Below, in pieces: positions 16,815-24,692 of a DNA stretch of 64,000 bases. Every line of letters begins with the position of its first letter. Within the stretch, counting starts at the first letter, position 1. The translations under genes and the position numbers were made by a program. The DNA is from Acutalibacteraceae bacterium (GTDB taxonomy: Bacteria > Bacillota > Clostridia > Oscillospirales > Acutalibacteraceae). The notes under the pieces were generated by a model, which was given only the letters and a program-made list of their open reading frames with translations, searched no databases and was not told the DNA's origin. The DNA lies in NCBI GenBank assembly GCA_045652105.1, contig JAZRTP010000031.1, forward strand, positions 23,011 through 87,010. Direction: 5' to 3'.

Positions 16815-18497
16815 TCAGAACAAACCGATGATTTTTCCCTTTTCGTCAACGTCGATTTTTTCTGCAGCGGGCACCTTGGGGAGACCGGGCATTGTCATAA
16901 TGTCACCTGTGAGAACAACAATGAAGCCTGCACCTGCTGAAATCTTGACGTTTCTGACTGTTACGGTGAAGCCTTCGGGAGCTCCGAGCTTTGAGGGATC
17001 GTCAGAGAAGCTGTACTGAGTTTTTGCAACGCAGACGGGAAGCTTGTCAAGACCCATTTCCTCAAGAGTCTTAATCTGCTTCATTGCTGAAGGCAGAATT
17101 GCAACATCATCACCGCCGTAAATCTTCTGAACAATTGCCTTGATCTTTTCGGGGATGGAAGCCTTTTCGTCATAGGAGAAGGTGAAATCAGCATTGCTTT
17201 CCTCTTCACAAAGACGGACAACCTCTTTTGCAAGCTCTTCACCGCCCTTGCCGCCTTCTGCCCAGACATTTGAAAGGCAGACGTTGACGCCGAGCTCTCT
17301 GCATTTTTCGATAACAAATTCAATTTCCCTGTCTGTGTCGGTGGGGAAGCGGTTAACTGCAACAACGCAGGGAAGCTTATAAACATTCTTGATGTTTGAA
17401 ACGTGTCTGAGAAGGTTGGGAATACCCTTTTCGAGAGCCTCAAGGTTTTCCTCTGCAAGCTCAGTTTTTGCAAGACCGCCGTGCATCTTGAGTGCACGGA
17501 TTGTTGCAACCATAACAACGGCTGAGGGGGTAAGGCCTGCCATTCTGCACTTGATGTCAAGGAACTTCTCAGCACCAAGGTCAGCACCGAAGCCTGCTTC
17601 AGTGATTGCATAATCACCCATTTTGAGAGCGGTTTTTGTGGCAATAACAGAGTTACAGCCGTGAGCAATGTTGGCAAAGGGACCGCCGTGAACAAAGGCG
17701 GGTGTGCCCTCGAGGGTCTGAACAAGGTTAGGCTTGAGAGCGTCCTTGAGAAGTGCGGTCATTGCACCTGCAGCCTTGAGCTGTCCGCAGGTTACGGGCT
17801 TGTTGTCATATGTATAGCCGACGATGATTCTTGAAAGTCTTTCCTTAAGGTCGCTGACGCTGTCTGCAAGGCAGAAAACAGCCATAACCTCACTTGCAAC
17901 GGAAATGTCAAAGCCGTCCTCACGGGGAGTGCCGTTGATTCTTCCGCCAAGACCGTCGGTGATGAAACGAAGCTGTCTGTCATTCATATCAATGCAGCGC
18001 TTCCAGGTGATTCTGCGCACGTCAATGCCAAGGCTGTTTCCCTGCTGAATATGGTTGTCAAGCATTGCGGCAAGAAGATTGTTTGCGCTTGTGATTGCAT
18101 GGAAGTCACCTGTGAAATGAAGGTTGATGTCTTCCATGGGAACAACCTGAGCATAACCGCCGCCTGCGGCACCGCCCTTGACACCGAAAACGGGTCCGAG
18201 TGAGGGCTCACGCAGAGCCACGGTTACCTTTTTGCCGATGCGGCTCATACCGTCTGCAAGACCGATTGTTGTGGTTGTTTTTCCTTCGCCTGCAGGTGTG
18301 GGTGTGATTGCGGTAACAAGGATAAGCTTTCCGTCCTTTTTATCCTTTGAATCATCGATAAGTGAAAGGTCAATTTTTGCCTTGTAATTGCCGTATTGCT
18401 CAATATATTTTTCGTCCACCTGAGCCTTGCGGGCAATTTCTGTGATGTGTTTCATTTCACACTGCTGGGCAATTTCAATATCGCTTAAATATGCCAT
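16815..18497 (-). CDS. fhs: Formate--tetrahydrofolate ligase
   Basis: 560 aa. It has the characteristic [23 protein letters not shown] segment and is colinear with the family over its full length. Confidence 0.95.
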   Translation of the reverse strand: MAYLSDIEIAQQCEMKHITEIARKAQVDEKYIEQYGNYKAKIDLSLIDDSKDKKDGKLILVTAITPTPAGEGKTTTTIGLADGMSRIGKKVTVALREPSLGPVFGVKGGAAGGGYAQVVPMEDINLHFTGDFHAITSANNLLAAMLDNHIQQGNSLGIDVRRITWKRCIDMNDRQLRFITDGLGGRINGTPREDGFDISVASEVMAVFCLADSVSDLKERLSRIIVGYTYDNKPVTCGQLKAAGAMTALLKDALKPNLVQTLEGTPAFVHGGPFANIAHGCNSVIATKTALKMGDYAITEAGFGADLGAEKFLDIKCRMAGLTPSAVVMVATIRALKMHGGLAKTELAEENLEALEKGIPNLLRHVSNIKNVYKLPCVVAVNRFPTDTDREIEFVIEKCRELGVNVCLSNVWAEGGKGGEELAKEVVRLCEEESNADFTFSYDEKASIPEKIKAIVQKIYGGDDVAILPSAMKQIKTLEEMGLDKLPVCVAKTQYSFSDDPSKLGAPEGFTVTVRNVKISAGAGFIVVLTGDIMTMPGLPKVPAAEKIDVDEKGKIIGLF

Positions 18498-18548
18498 TTG
18501 TTTTTTCCTCCCTTTTATTCGGCTCTGAGCCGATACTTTTACTGATAA

Positions 18549-18587
18549 ATTATAGCTTATTTTCCCGTTATAGTCAACAAAACTTTA
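18549..18587 (-). promoter_or_regulatory. Sigma-A-like promoter (TTGACT-17-TATAAT) for fhs
   Basis: Read on the minus strand. The leader is about 50 nt and contains a small hairpin, TCGGCTCAGAGCCGA. Confidence 0.6.
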
Positions 18588-18620
18588 TTTTAATATAAAT
18601 CAAGTTTGTTAATTTTTTTC

Positions 18621-18649
18621 TTGAGCAGAAAAAGTTTTTTTGTTATAAT
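18621..18649 (+). promoter_or_regulatory. Sigma-A-like promoter (TTGAGC-17-TATAAT) for the 18690 membrane-protein gene
   Basis: Hexamers and spacer counted directly. It is divergent from the fhs promoter. Confidence 0.55.
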
Positions 18650-18689
18650 ACAAACAGATTTAATAATGTTAAAAAAAGGAGATGCTAAT

Positions 18690-19274
18690 ATGTCTAAAAA
18701 GTTTGACCGCCGTCAGATTGAAGTTCTTGCAACAGGTGCTCTTTTAACTGCTCTTGTAATCATTCTTCAGTCCGTGGGCGCTGTTATCCGTTTCGGACCC
18801 TTTTCGGTTTCACTTGTGCTTATTCCCATTGTTATCGGTGCAGCGGTTTGTAATTCAAAAATTGCTGCTTGGCTGGGGTTTGTTTTCGGTGTAGTGGTGT
18901 TGATGAATGACGCAGCTGCCTTTCTTGCAATCAGTGTGCCCGGCACAGTGGTGACCGTTCTTCTCAAGGGAACGCTCTGCGGCCTTGGTGCAGGTGTCAC
19001 TTACAAGCTTCTCAGCCGTAACAAAAACAAATATCTTGCTGTCAGCGCTGCTGCAGTTGTTTGTCCTTTGATCAACACGGGAATCTTTCTTCTCGGCTGT
19101 TATCTGTTTTTCTTTGAGACAATCAGGGAATGGGGACTTGCCGCAGGCTTTGAGAATGCAACAGAGTATTTGATTTTCGGCATGGTGGGTGTGAATTTTC
19201 TTGTGGAAATACTTACAAACATTATTCTCTGCCCCGTTGTTGTGAGAATACTCAATGCAGTTAAGAAGAGATAA
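18690..19274 (+). CDS. Small 5-6 TM membrane protein, ECF-transporter S-component-like (substrate unknown; folate is only a guess from the fhs neighbourhood)
   Basis: I prefer the ATG at 18690 (AAAGGAG RBS; MSKKFDRRQIEVLATGALLTAL...). The protein is about 194 aa and hydrophobic throughout. Confidence 0.4.
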   Translation: MSKKFDRRQIEVLATGALLTALVIILQSVGAVIRFGPFSVSLVLIPIVIGAAVCNSKIAAWLGFVFGVVVLMNDAAAFLAISVPGTVVTVLLKGTLCGLGAGVTYKLLSRNKNKYLAVSAAAVVCPLINTGIFLLGCYLFFFETIREWGLAAGFENATEYLIFGMVGVNFLVEILTNIILCPVVVRILNAVKKR

Positions 19275-19293
19275 ACAACAGTATATGCGAAGA

Positions 19294-19316
19294 GCGCCAA
19301 TGTGCTTGACATTGGC
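19294..19316 (+). terminator. Hairpin terminator between convergent genes
   Basis: CGCCAATGT-GCTTG-ACATTGGCG followed by GTCTTCTTTATTT. Confidence 0.55.
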
Positions 19317-19341
19317 GGTCTTCTTTATTTCAAAGGGAGGG

Positions 19342-20796
19342 TCAGATAGCAACCTCATTGATGTGAGCAATGACTGATCTTGCAAGGTCAACAAGATTTC
19401 TGCCGTAGTAGTCACTGGGAGCGTTGAAGCGGTCAACGCAGATAGCATAGTTGCGTCCGTTATAGCTGTAGCCGATGAGGATGTAACAATGATTATACTT
19501 TTTTTGGTTGTCGGTTTGTGCTGTGCCCGTTTTCCCAATAACATAGCCGTAGTTCTTGCCTTCCTCATCGAAACCGTAGCCTCCGCCGCCTTCCTTGCCG
19601 CCGTCTGTTGCGGTGTTGTGAAGGAGCTTCTTAAGCTTGCTTGCTTCAATGGGACCGAGAGCGTTCTTGGTCAGATACTCTGTTTTGCCTTTATGTACTG
19701 ACTTACCTTCATTTGTGATTTCCTTGATAAGATAGGGCTTTACCATATCTCTGCCTTCACTGATGACGGCTGACATTATTGCGGTCAGATGCAGAGGTGA
19801 GATCTGTGTTTTGCCCTGACCGTAACATGAGCTAGCGAGCTCAAACACAGGGTCTTCACCTTTGAATGAGTAGCCTGAATTAAGGGTTGTAAAGTCAAGC
19901 TCAATACTCTTTCCGATATGGAAGGACTCGAAGAGCTCACTGACTCTTTCGGCTCCAATCAGAAGACCTCTTGTTGCAAAGTAGGTGTTGATACTCTGGT
20001 TGAGAGAGCGCTGAAGATTGACAACTGTTTTTCCGTCGGGCGCTGTTCTGTTGGCTGAGTCAGCGGTAAAGTTATAAATAGGCTTGCCTGCTGGCGTGAT
20101 ATAGGGGTCTTCAAGAACATACTCCTGTTCAATGTCATATCTGATGATACCAAGGGCAATCAGAATCTTGATAACCGAGCCTGCGGTATGACTGCTTGAA
20201 ACGGCTGAATTGAGCATACTGCCGGGGTAGGAGATATAGGTTGAGTAGTTCTCCTTCAGCTTATTGGCGTCAAAGCTGACTTTCTGATGACCGCGTGCAG
20301 CCATACAGAGAATTTCACCTGTGTCACTATCAATTACAGTGATATTGCCGGCAAAGCCCTTGTCCTCAAGAAGACTGTAGGCAAAGGACTGAAGATTGAT
20401 GTCCAGGGTCAGCTGAACATCTGCACCCACGCCGTCAAGGCCCGAATCCATGTCAAAGAGCTCGTGGCTGAGCTTCTTTCTGAGTCCTGAAAGATCTGAG
20501 CCGTTTCTTATGCCGATGATGTTGCTGAGCTCATGGGTGTAAAGAATGGTTGAAGCCTTGCCCGCTGTGTCGTTGCTGCTCGTAAGAGGCACATTGTTGC
20601 GGTCATAGAAGGTGCCTTCAATGTTGTTGTTGAGGTAATAGTCCTTCATCAGTTCATTACGCTTGGCATCAGCCTGGGGGTTGATGTTCGGAATGATACC
20701 TGTCTGATAAACAGTTATGAAGGAAAGGGAAAGCACAAGGACAGTGACGATGGTTGCAATGAGAGAAAGGCGCTTTTTGCTGTTTTCTGTGTTCAT
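19342..20796 (-). CDS. Class B penicillin-binding protein (PBP2/FtsI-type transpeptidase)
   Basis: N-terminal TM anchor LSLIATIVTVLVLSLSFITVY. SxxK (SVIK), SxN (SIN) and KTGT occur in canonical order. The start lies 3 nt after the stop of the SEDS gene. Confidence 0.85.
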   Translation of the reverse strand: MNTENSKKRLSLIATIVTVLVLSLSFITVYQTGIIPNINPQADAKRNELMKDYYLNNNIEGTFYDRNNVPLTSSNDTAGKASTILYTHELSNIIGIRNGSDLSGLRKKLSHELFDMDSGLDGVGADVQLTLDINLQSFAYSLLEDKGFAGNITVIDSDTGEILCMAARGHQKVSFDANKLKENYSTYISYPGSMLNSAVSSSHTAGSVIKILIALGIIRYDIEQEYVLEDPYITPAGKPIYNFTADSANRTAPDGKTVVNLQRSLNQSINTYFATRGLLIGAERVSELFESFHIGKSIELDFTTLNSGYSFKGEDPVFELASSCYGQGKTQISPLHLTAIMSAVISEGRDMVKPYLIKEITNEGKSVHKGKTEYLTKNALGPIEASKLKKLLHNTATDGGKEGGGGYGFDEEGKNYGYVIGKTGTAQTDNQKKYNHCYILIGYSYNGRNYAICVDRFNAPSDYYGRNLVDLARSVIAHINEVAI

Positions 20797-20799
20797 ATT

Positions 20800-22842
20800 T
20801 TAAGCCTCCTTAATTTCGGCTGCGGTGGGTTCTTCCTTGTGAGTCGTCTGAGTTTTCTGAGGGGGGACAACCTCCTTACGCATTGCATAAAGAATGATGA
20901 TTGTCATACAGATGTTAGCGGTAAAGGATGTAATGCCCTGTGACAGAAAGGCTGTTGTCATACCCATTATCGGAAGAATGCCCACACTCATTCCAAGCTG
21001 TATGAGTGATTGTAAAGATATGCAAACACCGAAGCCCATTGATGAAAGGGAGAGAGCCTCGTCCTTTTGTGAATAAGAATTGACCAGAACAAGAAGGAAC
21101 TGAAGGGTATAAATGAAGAGTAAGATCAGCACCATGCCTAAGCCGAGCTGAAGCAGGGCGTAACTGAAAATGGAATCGTTATGCTTGTTGGGAATTTGCT
21201 CAAGAAGATTTTCGTTTGTTTCTGTTCCGAGCCACTTGGTCATTCTCAGAGCATTGACAATCTTTGTTGAATGATACTGACTTCCTGCAAGGTCGAGTCT
21301 TTCGAGAATCTTGTAATAGAGCTTGCTGATCATCAGTGATCCGCTGTTCAGATCTTCGATGTTTTTGAGACAAACGAGAGTGAATTCAAAGGAATAATAT
21401 CCGTTTTCAAGCTTGGTTATATCTGAGAAATGCTCAAGGGAAACGTTTTCGTCAAGGTCAATACCGCTTTTCAGTGCGGCACGAAGAGCATTGGCGGTTG
21501 CTTTTGAATTCTTGTCCTTGCAGACAATTGTGATAAGGTGTCTTGCGTTGAGGATTTTGCCGAGCTCTTCATTGTTTTCCTGCTTTGCCTGAACGATATA
21601 GCGGGAATAGGAGATATACTCCTTTTTGCCCGGGGCAACCTCTGCATCCTCTTCCTTGAGAACGGAGGTATAAGCCTCTGAATTAAGATAATCGGCTGTT
21701 GCACTTTTGTCACCTGAGAGAGCCTTCCAGGCTTCAAGCTCAATGCTCTGCATTGCTGTTGAGGTCTGAACTGAGATGTCGTAATCATTTTCATAGCAGC
21801 TCTTTGCAACTGAAAGACCGATGATGACAGCAACTATACCCCACAAAGCAAGGGTAAGAAACTTTTTGATTTCTTTGGTGCTGATGAAGGTAATGATGAT
21901 GAAAGAGAACAGAAGAATCATGATTGTGCCGAGCTCGAAGGCGAGAGCAAACACTCCTGAAAGAGCAACCAGATAAGCTGTGGCAAGAGTCAGACGCTTC
22001 TTTTCGGAATATTCTCTGAAGGAGTAGATGTTGCCGAAGACGAACACCGCAGCAACCTTCACAAGCTCTGAAATCTGGATGGATGTGTCTCCGATTTTAA
22101 ACCAGTTGGCAGCTCCGTTTGTTCTTTTGCCCATAACAACCAGAGCACCGATTGCAAGCACTGTGCCCACTGCAATAATCAGTGTGAAGAGCTTTCTTTT
22201 GGGTGAACGCAGAATACAGATGATTCCGCCTGCACCCACACAACCGCCGATGACGCCGATGCCCATAGTTATAATGAGCTTTGTCAGACCCGTGTAGGCA
22301 AGCATTGTCTGAAGAAGCACACCCGTTGTGATAAGCACACAGGTCAGGAAAGTATATAAGACAGCGGTTGAGCTGTAAGGGTTAAGGAAGGCGGCAAGAA
22401 ACAGCAGCAGACCGTTCATTGCAAGGATAACGAAGAAGGTCTTCATATATTCACTTGCAGAGCCGTTTTTTGTTGCAATGCCTCCGCAAAGAAGACTGTA
22501 AATGGTAATTGCGCCGATTGAGAGGAGGAATTTGCTTCTGAAGGCTGATGTTCTGAGATCTGGGAGTCTCACGGCAATGTTAGCAGTCTCAGCCTCAAGG
22601 AGTTTTACTGTTGCTTTTTTGATTTTGATGATACCCTTAAAGAGACGGTTGAAGAGCGTTACAACGAAGAAAATGAGCTTTCTGAAGACCTTGCCGATTT
22701 TGCTGACAAGGTCCTTGAGCTTACCGGATGAGACACGGTCTTCAACACAGCAGCCGTTGTCATAGCAGCTGTCATATTCGTTATATTCTACGGTTACGAT
22801 ATCCTTTTCCGCTGCTGCGGGAAGATTCTTTTCCTTTGACAT
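20800..22842 (-). CDS. SEDS-family (FtsW/RodA/SpoVE) peptidoglycan polymerase with a ~95-aa N-terminal extension and an enlarged extracytoplasmic loop
   Basis: GAANWFKIGDTSIQISELVKVAAVFVFG matches the SEDS block (..iQPSE..K). The C-terminal blocks are PNKHNDSIFSY (canonical HTDFIF) and GILPIMGMTTAFLSQG (canonical lP.tG..lPf.SyGG). At 680 aa it is much longer than the usual ~370-420 aa. Confidence 0.85.
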   Translation of the reverse strand: MSKEKNLPAAAEKDIVTVEYNEYDSCYDNGCCVEDRVSSGKLKDLVSKIGKVFRKLIFFVVTLFNRLFKGIIKIKKATVKLLEAETANIAVRLPDLRTSAFRSKFLLSIGAITIYSLLCGGIATKNGSASEYMKTFFVILAMNGLLLFLAAFLNPYSSTAVLYTFLTCVLITTGVLLQTMLAYTGLTKLIITMGIGVIGGCVGAGGIICILRSPKRKLFTLIIAVGTVLAIGALVVMGKRTNGAANWFKIGDTSIQISELVKVAAVFVFGNIYSFREYSEKKRLTLATAYLVALSGVFALAFELGTIMILLFSFIIITFISTKEIKKFLTLALWGIVAVIIGLSVAKSCYENDYDISVQTSTAMQSIELEAWKALSGDKSATADYLNSEAYTSVLKEEDAEVAPGKKEYISYSRYIVQAKQENNEELGKILNARHLITIVCKDKNSKATANALRAALKSGIDLDENVSLEHFSDITKLENGYYSFEFTLVCLKNIEDLNSGSLMISKLYYKILERLDLAGSQYHSTKIVNALRMTKWLGTETNENLLEQIPNKHNDSIFSYALLQLGLGMVLILLFIYTLQFLLVLVNSYSQKDEALSLSSMGFGVCISLQSLIQLGMSVGILPIMGMTTAFLSQGITSFTANICMTIIILYAMRKEVVPPQKTQTTHKEEPTAAEIKEA

Positions 22843-22868
22843 TTCAATATCGTCCTTTCCGTTTGAAT

Positions 22869-23444
22869 TTAATATTTGCGGGGAGCTGAGGGTGGGATGA
22901 AGACCCTTTCTTCTTCAGCTTTTTCGGCCTTTGCTGAAGACTCTTCCCTTGCGGGAGGAGTCTTCACGGGAGCTTTGAGCTTTGACTGAGCCTTTTGTGA
23001 AACGGGTGCCGAAGGCGGTACGAAGGAAGTCTCGACAGTGTTGTTTGCTTCTTCCTGCTCGGGAACGTTGACATTAACGCAGGTATTGTCAGGCTCAGCG
23101 GAAGCTTTCTGCTTACCATTAAGCTTTCTGCGGTTTAAGGCGGGCGGTGTCGGAGGAGTAAAGCTTTTATCGGGGTCCGATATGGGTACCGCCTTGACGG
23201 GCTTGTCTTCCTTGACAGAATTTTCCTTTGTCTCGGGAGACTTATTATGCGGAGTAATCTTCTCGGAAGATTCATTGCCGACGTGGCCGCGTTTCTCTCT
23301 TGCAGGGCGTGACTGCTTTTCGGTCTTTTGAGGATTGTCCTGAAGATCGAAGATTTTATAGAAGATTTTATAGATAGTCCAGCTTATGATGCCAACACCT
23401 GCGATGGCGGAAAGGAAGAATATCTGAGTCCAGAAGCTTGCCAT
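22869..23444 (-). CDS. Single-pass membrane protein with a Pro/Lys/Glu-rich cytoplasmic tail carrying three F-x-P-P-(S/T)-(A/P)-P motifs
   Basis: N-terminal TM segment WTQIFFLSAIAGVGIISWTIY. The rest is low complexity and includes SFTPPTPPA, SFVPPSAPV and VFIPPSAPR. It sits in an operon with the SEDS gene. Confidence 0.6.
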   Translation of the reverse strand: MASFWTQIFFLSAIAGVGIISWTIYKIFYKIFDLQDNPQKTEKQSRPAREKRGHVGNESSEKITPHNKSPETKENSVKEDKPVKAVPISDPDKSFTPPTPPALNRRKLNGKQKASAEPDNTCVNVNVPEQEEANNTVETSFVPPSAPVSQKAQSKLKAPVKTPPAREESSAKAEKAEEERVFIPPSAPRKY

Positions 23445-23487
23445 TGAATAATCATCTCCTTTTGATGTTTTCCGTCAACACAAGAAA

Positions 23488-24354
23488 TCAGAACTTGTTT
23501 ACGTTGTCATCCTTTTTGAATCTGATGGTATTATTTGATCTGACGAAGGCGGCCTTGCCGGGAGTGAAGACCTTTGCGTCAGGAGTGAAGACCTTTGTGC
23601 CGGAAGTGTTTTCAATCACGGGAGGCTCAAAGGCTTCCTCTGATGAGAAATCATCTTCGATGGAATCGAAAATAAAGGGGTCAATATCGGGATTCTGAGG
23701 CTCAACAAATCTGAACCACTGTCTGCCGAGGCAGAAAAGGGTTCCGTCGAAAAGCTCCATTGTTGAGTAATCCTTGGGGAATTCCTTTGCTTTGCCTTCA
23801 TTGAAGTCATAGTAGAAGATGGGATTGATTGTTCTGTCTCCGTCCTTCAGACGGTCAGGGAGTCTGACGATATCCTTTCTGTAAGAAAGAGCAGGAGCAC
23901 CTGAAGGTGAGGTATAGATATAGTATGCATTTGAAGAAAATGCTCTTGTGTAGGGTGATTCTTCAACTGTAATCTGGTTGTAAAGTCTTTTGACTCCCTT
24001 ACGGTTAATGTTGATGCAAATCGGATCATCTGAGTAATCAATGTTGTAAGAATGAAGCACATTGCCGTTGCTTGAATCAAGCTGCTGAATAATGCCTCTG
24101 CCAAACAGCTCAGTTTTGCCGGAGCTTGATGATTCGTTTTCTTTAAGGCCGTTGATGATTTTTTTGAGTTCGGGGAAGGACTCCTTGTGTCTGGGCTGAG
24201 GAGCCGTCTCGGGTAAGCAGTCTGAGATGTCGTTGTCGTCTTTATTTTTCTTTGAGGGAAGAAAACTGAGGAGCTTGTCCTTGTTCTGCTTGACGATGAG
24301 ACCTGCAATGATAAGTACAAGTGCGATGATGATGAAAATTGAAAGTTTGTCCAT
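23488..24354 (-). CDS. Single-pass membrane protein with a cytoplasmic globular domain (weakly FHA-like end motif)
   Basis: The TM segment LSIFIIIALVLIIAGLIV is followed by a Lys-rich stretch, which predicts a cytoplasmic C-terminus. ELFDGTLFCLGRQWFRFVEP resembles the terminal L.DGD.i.lG...f.F strand of FHA domains, but the upstream GR/SxxH motifs are not clear. RBS is AAGGAG. Confidence 0.6.
   Translation of the reverse strand: MDKLSIFIIIALVLIIAGLIVKQNKDKLLSFLPSKKNKDDNDISDCLPETAPQPRHKESFPELKKIINGLKENESSSSGKTELFGRGIIQQLDSSNGNVLHSYNIDYSDDPICININRKGVKRLYNQITVEESPYTRAFSSNAYYIYTSPSGAPALSYRKDIVRLPDRLKDGDRTINPIFYYDFNEGKAKEFPKDYSTMELFDGTLFCLGRQWFRFVEPQNPDIDPFIFDSIEDDFSSEEAFEPPVIENTSGTKVFTPDAKVFTPGKAAFVRSNNTIRFKKDDNVNKF
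23561..23597 (-). repeat. 21-nt in-frame tandem duplication (GGAGTGAAGACCTTTG x2 on the plus strand) encoding (A/T)KVFTP x2
   Basis: Copies at 23561..23576 and 23582..23597 are identical. The protein reads GTKVFTPDAKVFTPGKAAF. Confidence 0.85.
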
Positions 24355-24418
24355 GGTTATTTCTCCTTTGAAATAAAAAAATTTTTTTCGGACTTATGTT
24401 TCGTCCGATTTCGCTGCT

Positions 24419-24447
24419 ATGATAACACAGAAAAAATACTTCGTCAA
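24419..24447 (-). promoter_or_regulatory. Sigma-A-like promoter (TTGACG-17-TATCAT, with a TG extension) for the membrane-protein/SEDS/PBP operon
   Basis: Read on the minus strand. The leader contains the hairpin TCGGACGAAACATAAGTCCGA. Confidence 0.5.
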
Positions 24448-24592
24448 TGCAAAAATTCATAGTAAGTTCATTTTTCCGTCATAAATAGTGAAACTGAAAA
24501 AACAAGAAAAAAGCGATGTCAGAGCTGTAAAAAAAGCCCTTTAAAAAACCGCCAAAAATAGAGAAATCCTTAATATCACTGGAAAAAAGGAC

Positions 24593-24621
24593 TTGAAAAA
24601 CAGCTTGAAAGCATTTATAAT
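24593..24621 (+). promoter_or_regulatory. Sigma-A-like promoter (TTGAAA-17-TATAAT) for the six-gene signalling operon
   Basis: Hexamers and the 17-nt spacer counted directly. It lies 72 nt upstream of the ATG at 24693 and about 145 bp from the divergent promoter. Confidence 0.6.
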
Positions 24622-24692
24622 ACCTATATAGATTTGTAAGAAATCACCTTTTGATTTTTGAACAAATTATTAACAAAAAAGGAGAGACTGAT

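Noticed and set aside
17081-17725. Long alternative-frame and antisense ORFs inside well-supported genes. Examples: 17081..17725 in fhs, 33783..34508 in pncB, 43891..44382 in ileS, 50038..50499 and 51172..51645 in purL, 53129..53638 in purD, 54198..54671 in glyA, 62222..62683 in the ABC gene.
   Set aside because: Each is fully embedded in a gene with strong family motifs. Their translations are low-complexity (Ser/Leu/Pro/Arg-rich) and lack RBSs. They are typical shadow ORFs.
18588-18689. THF riboswitch in front of the ECF-S-like gene, or in front of fhs
   Set aside because: The leaders are only ~40-50 nt from the predicted -10 elements to the start codons. That is too short for a ~90-100-nt THF aptamer.
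18855-19649. 264-aa minus-strand ORF spanning the ECF-S-like gene and the 3' end of the PBP gene
   Set aside because: It is antisense to a hydrophobic membrane-protein gene and crosses an intergenic terminator hairpin. Its composition is low complexity and it has no RBS.
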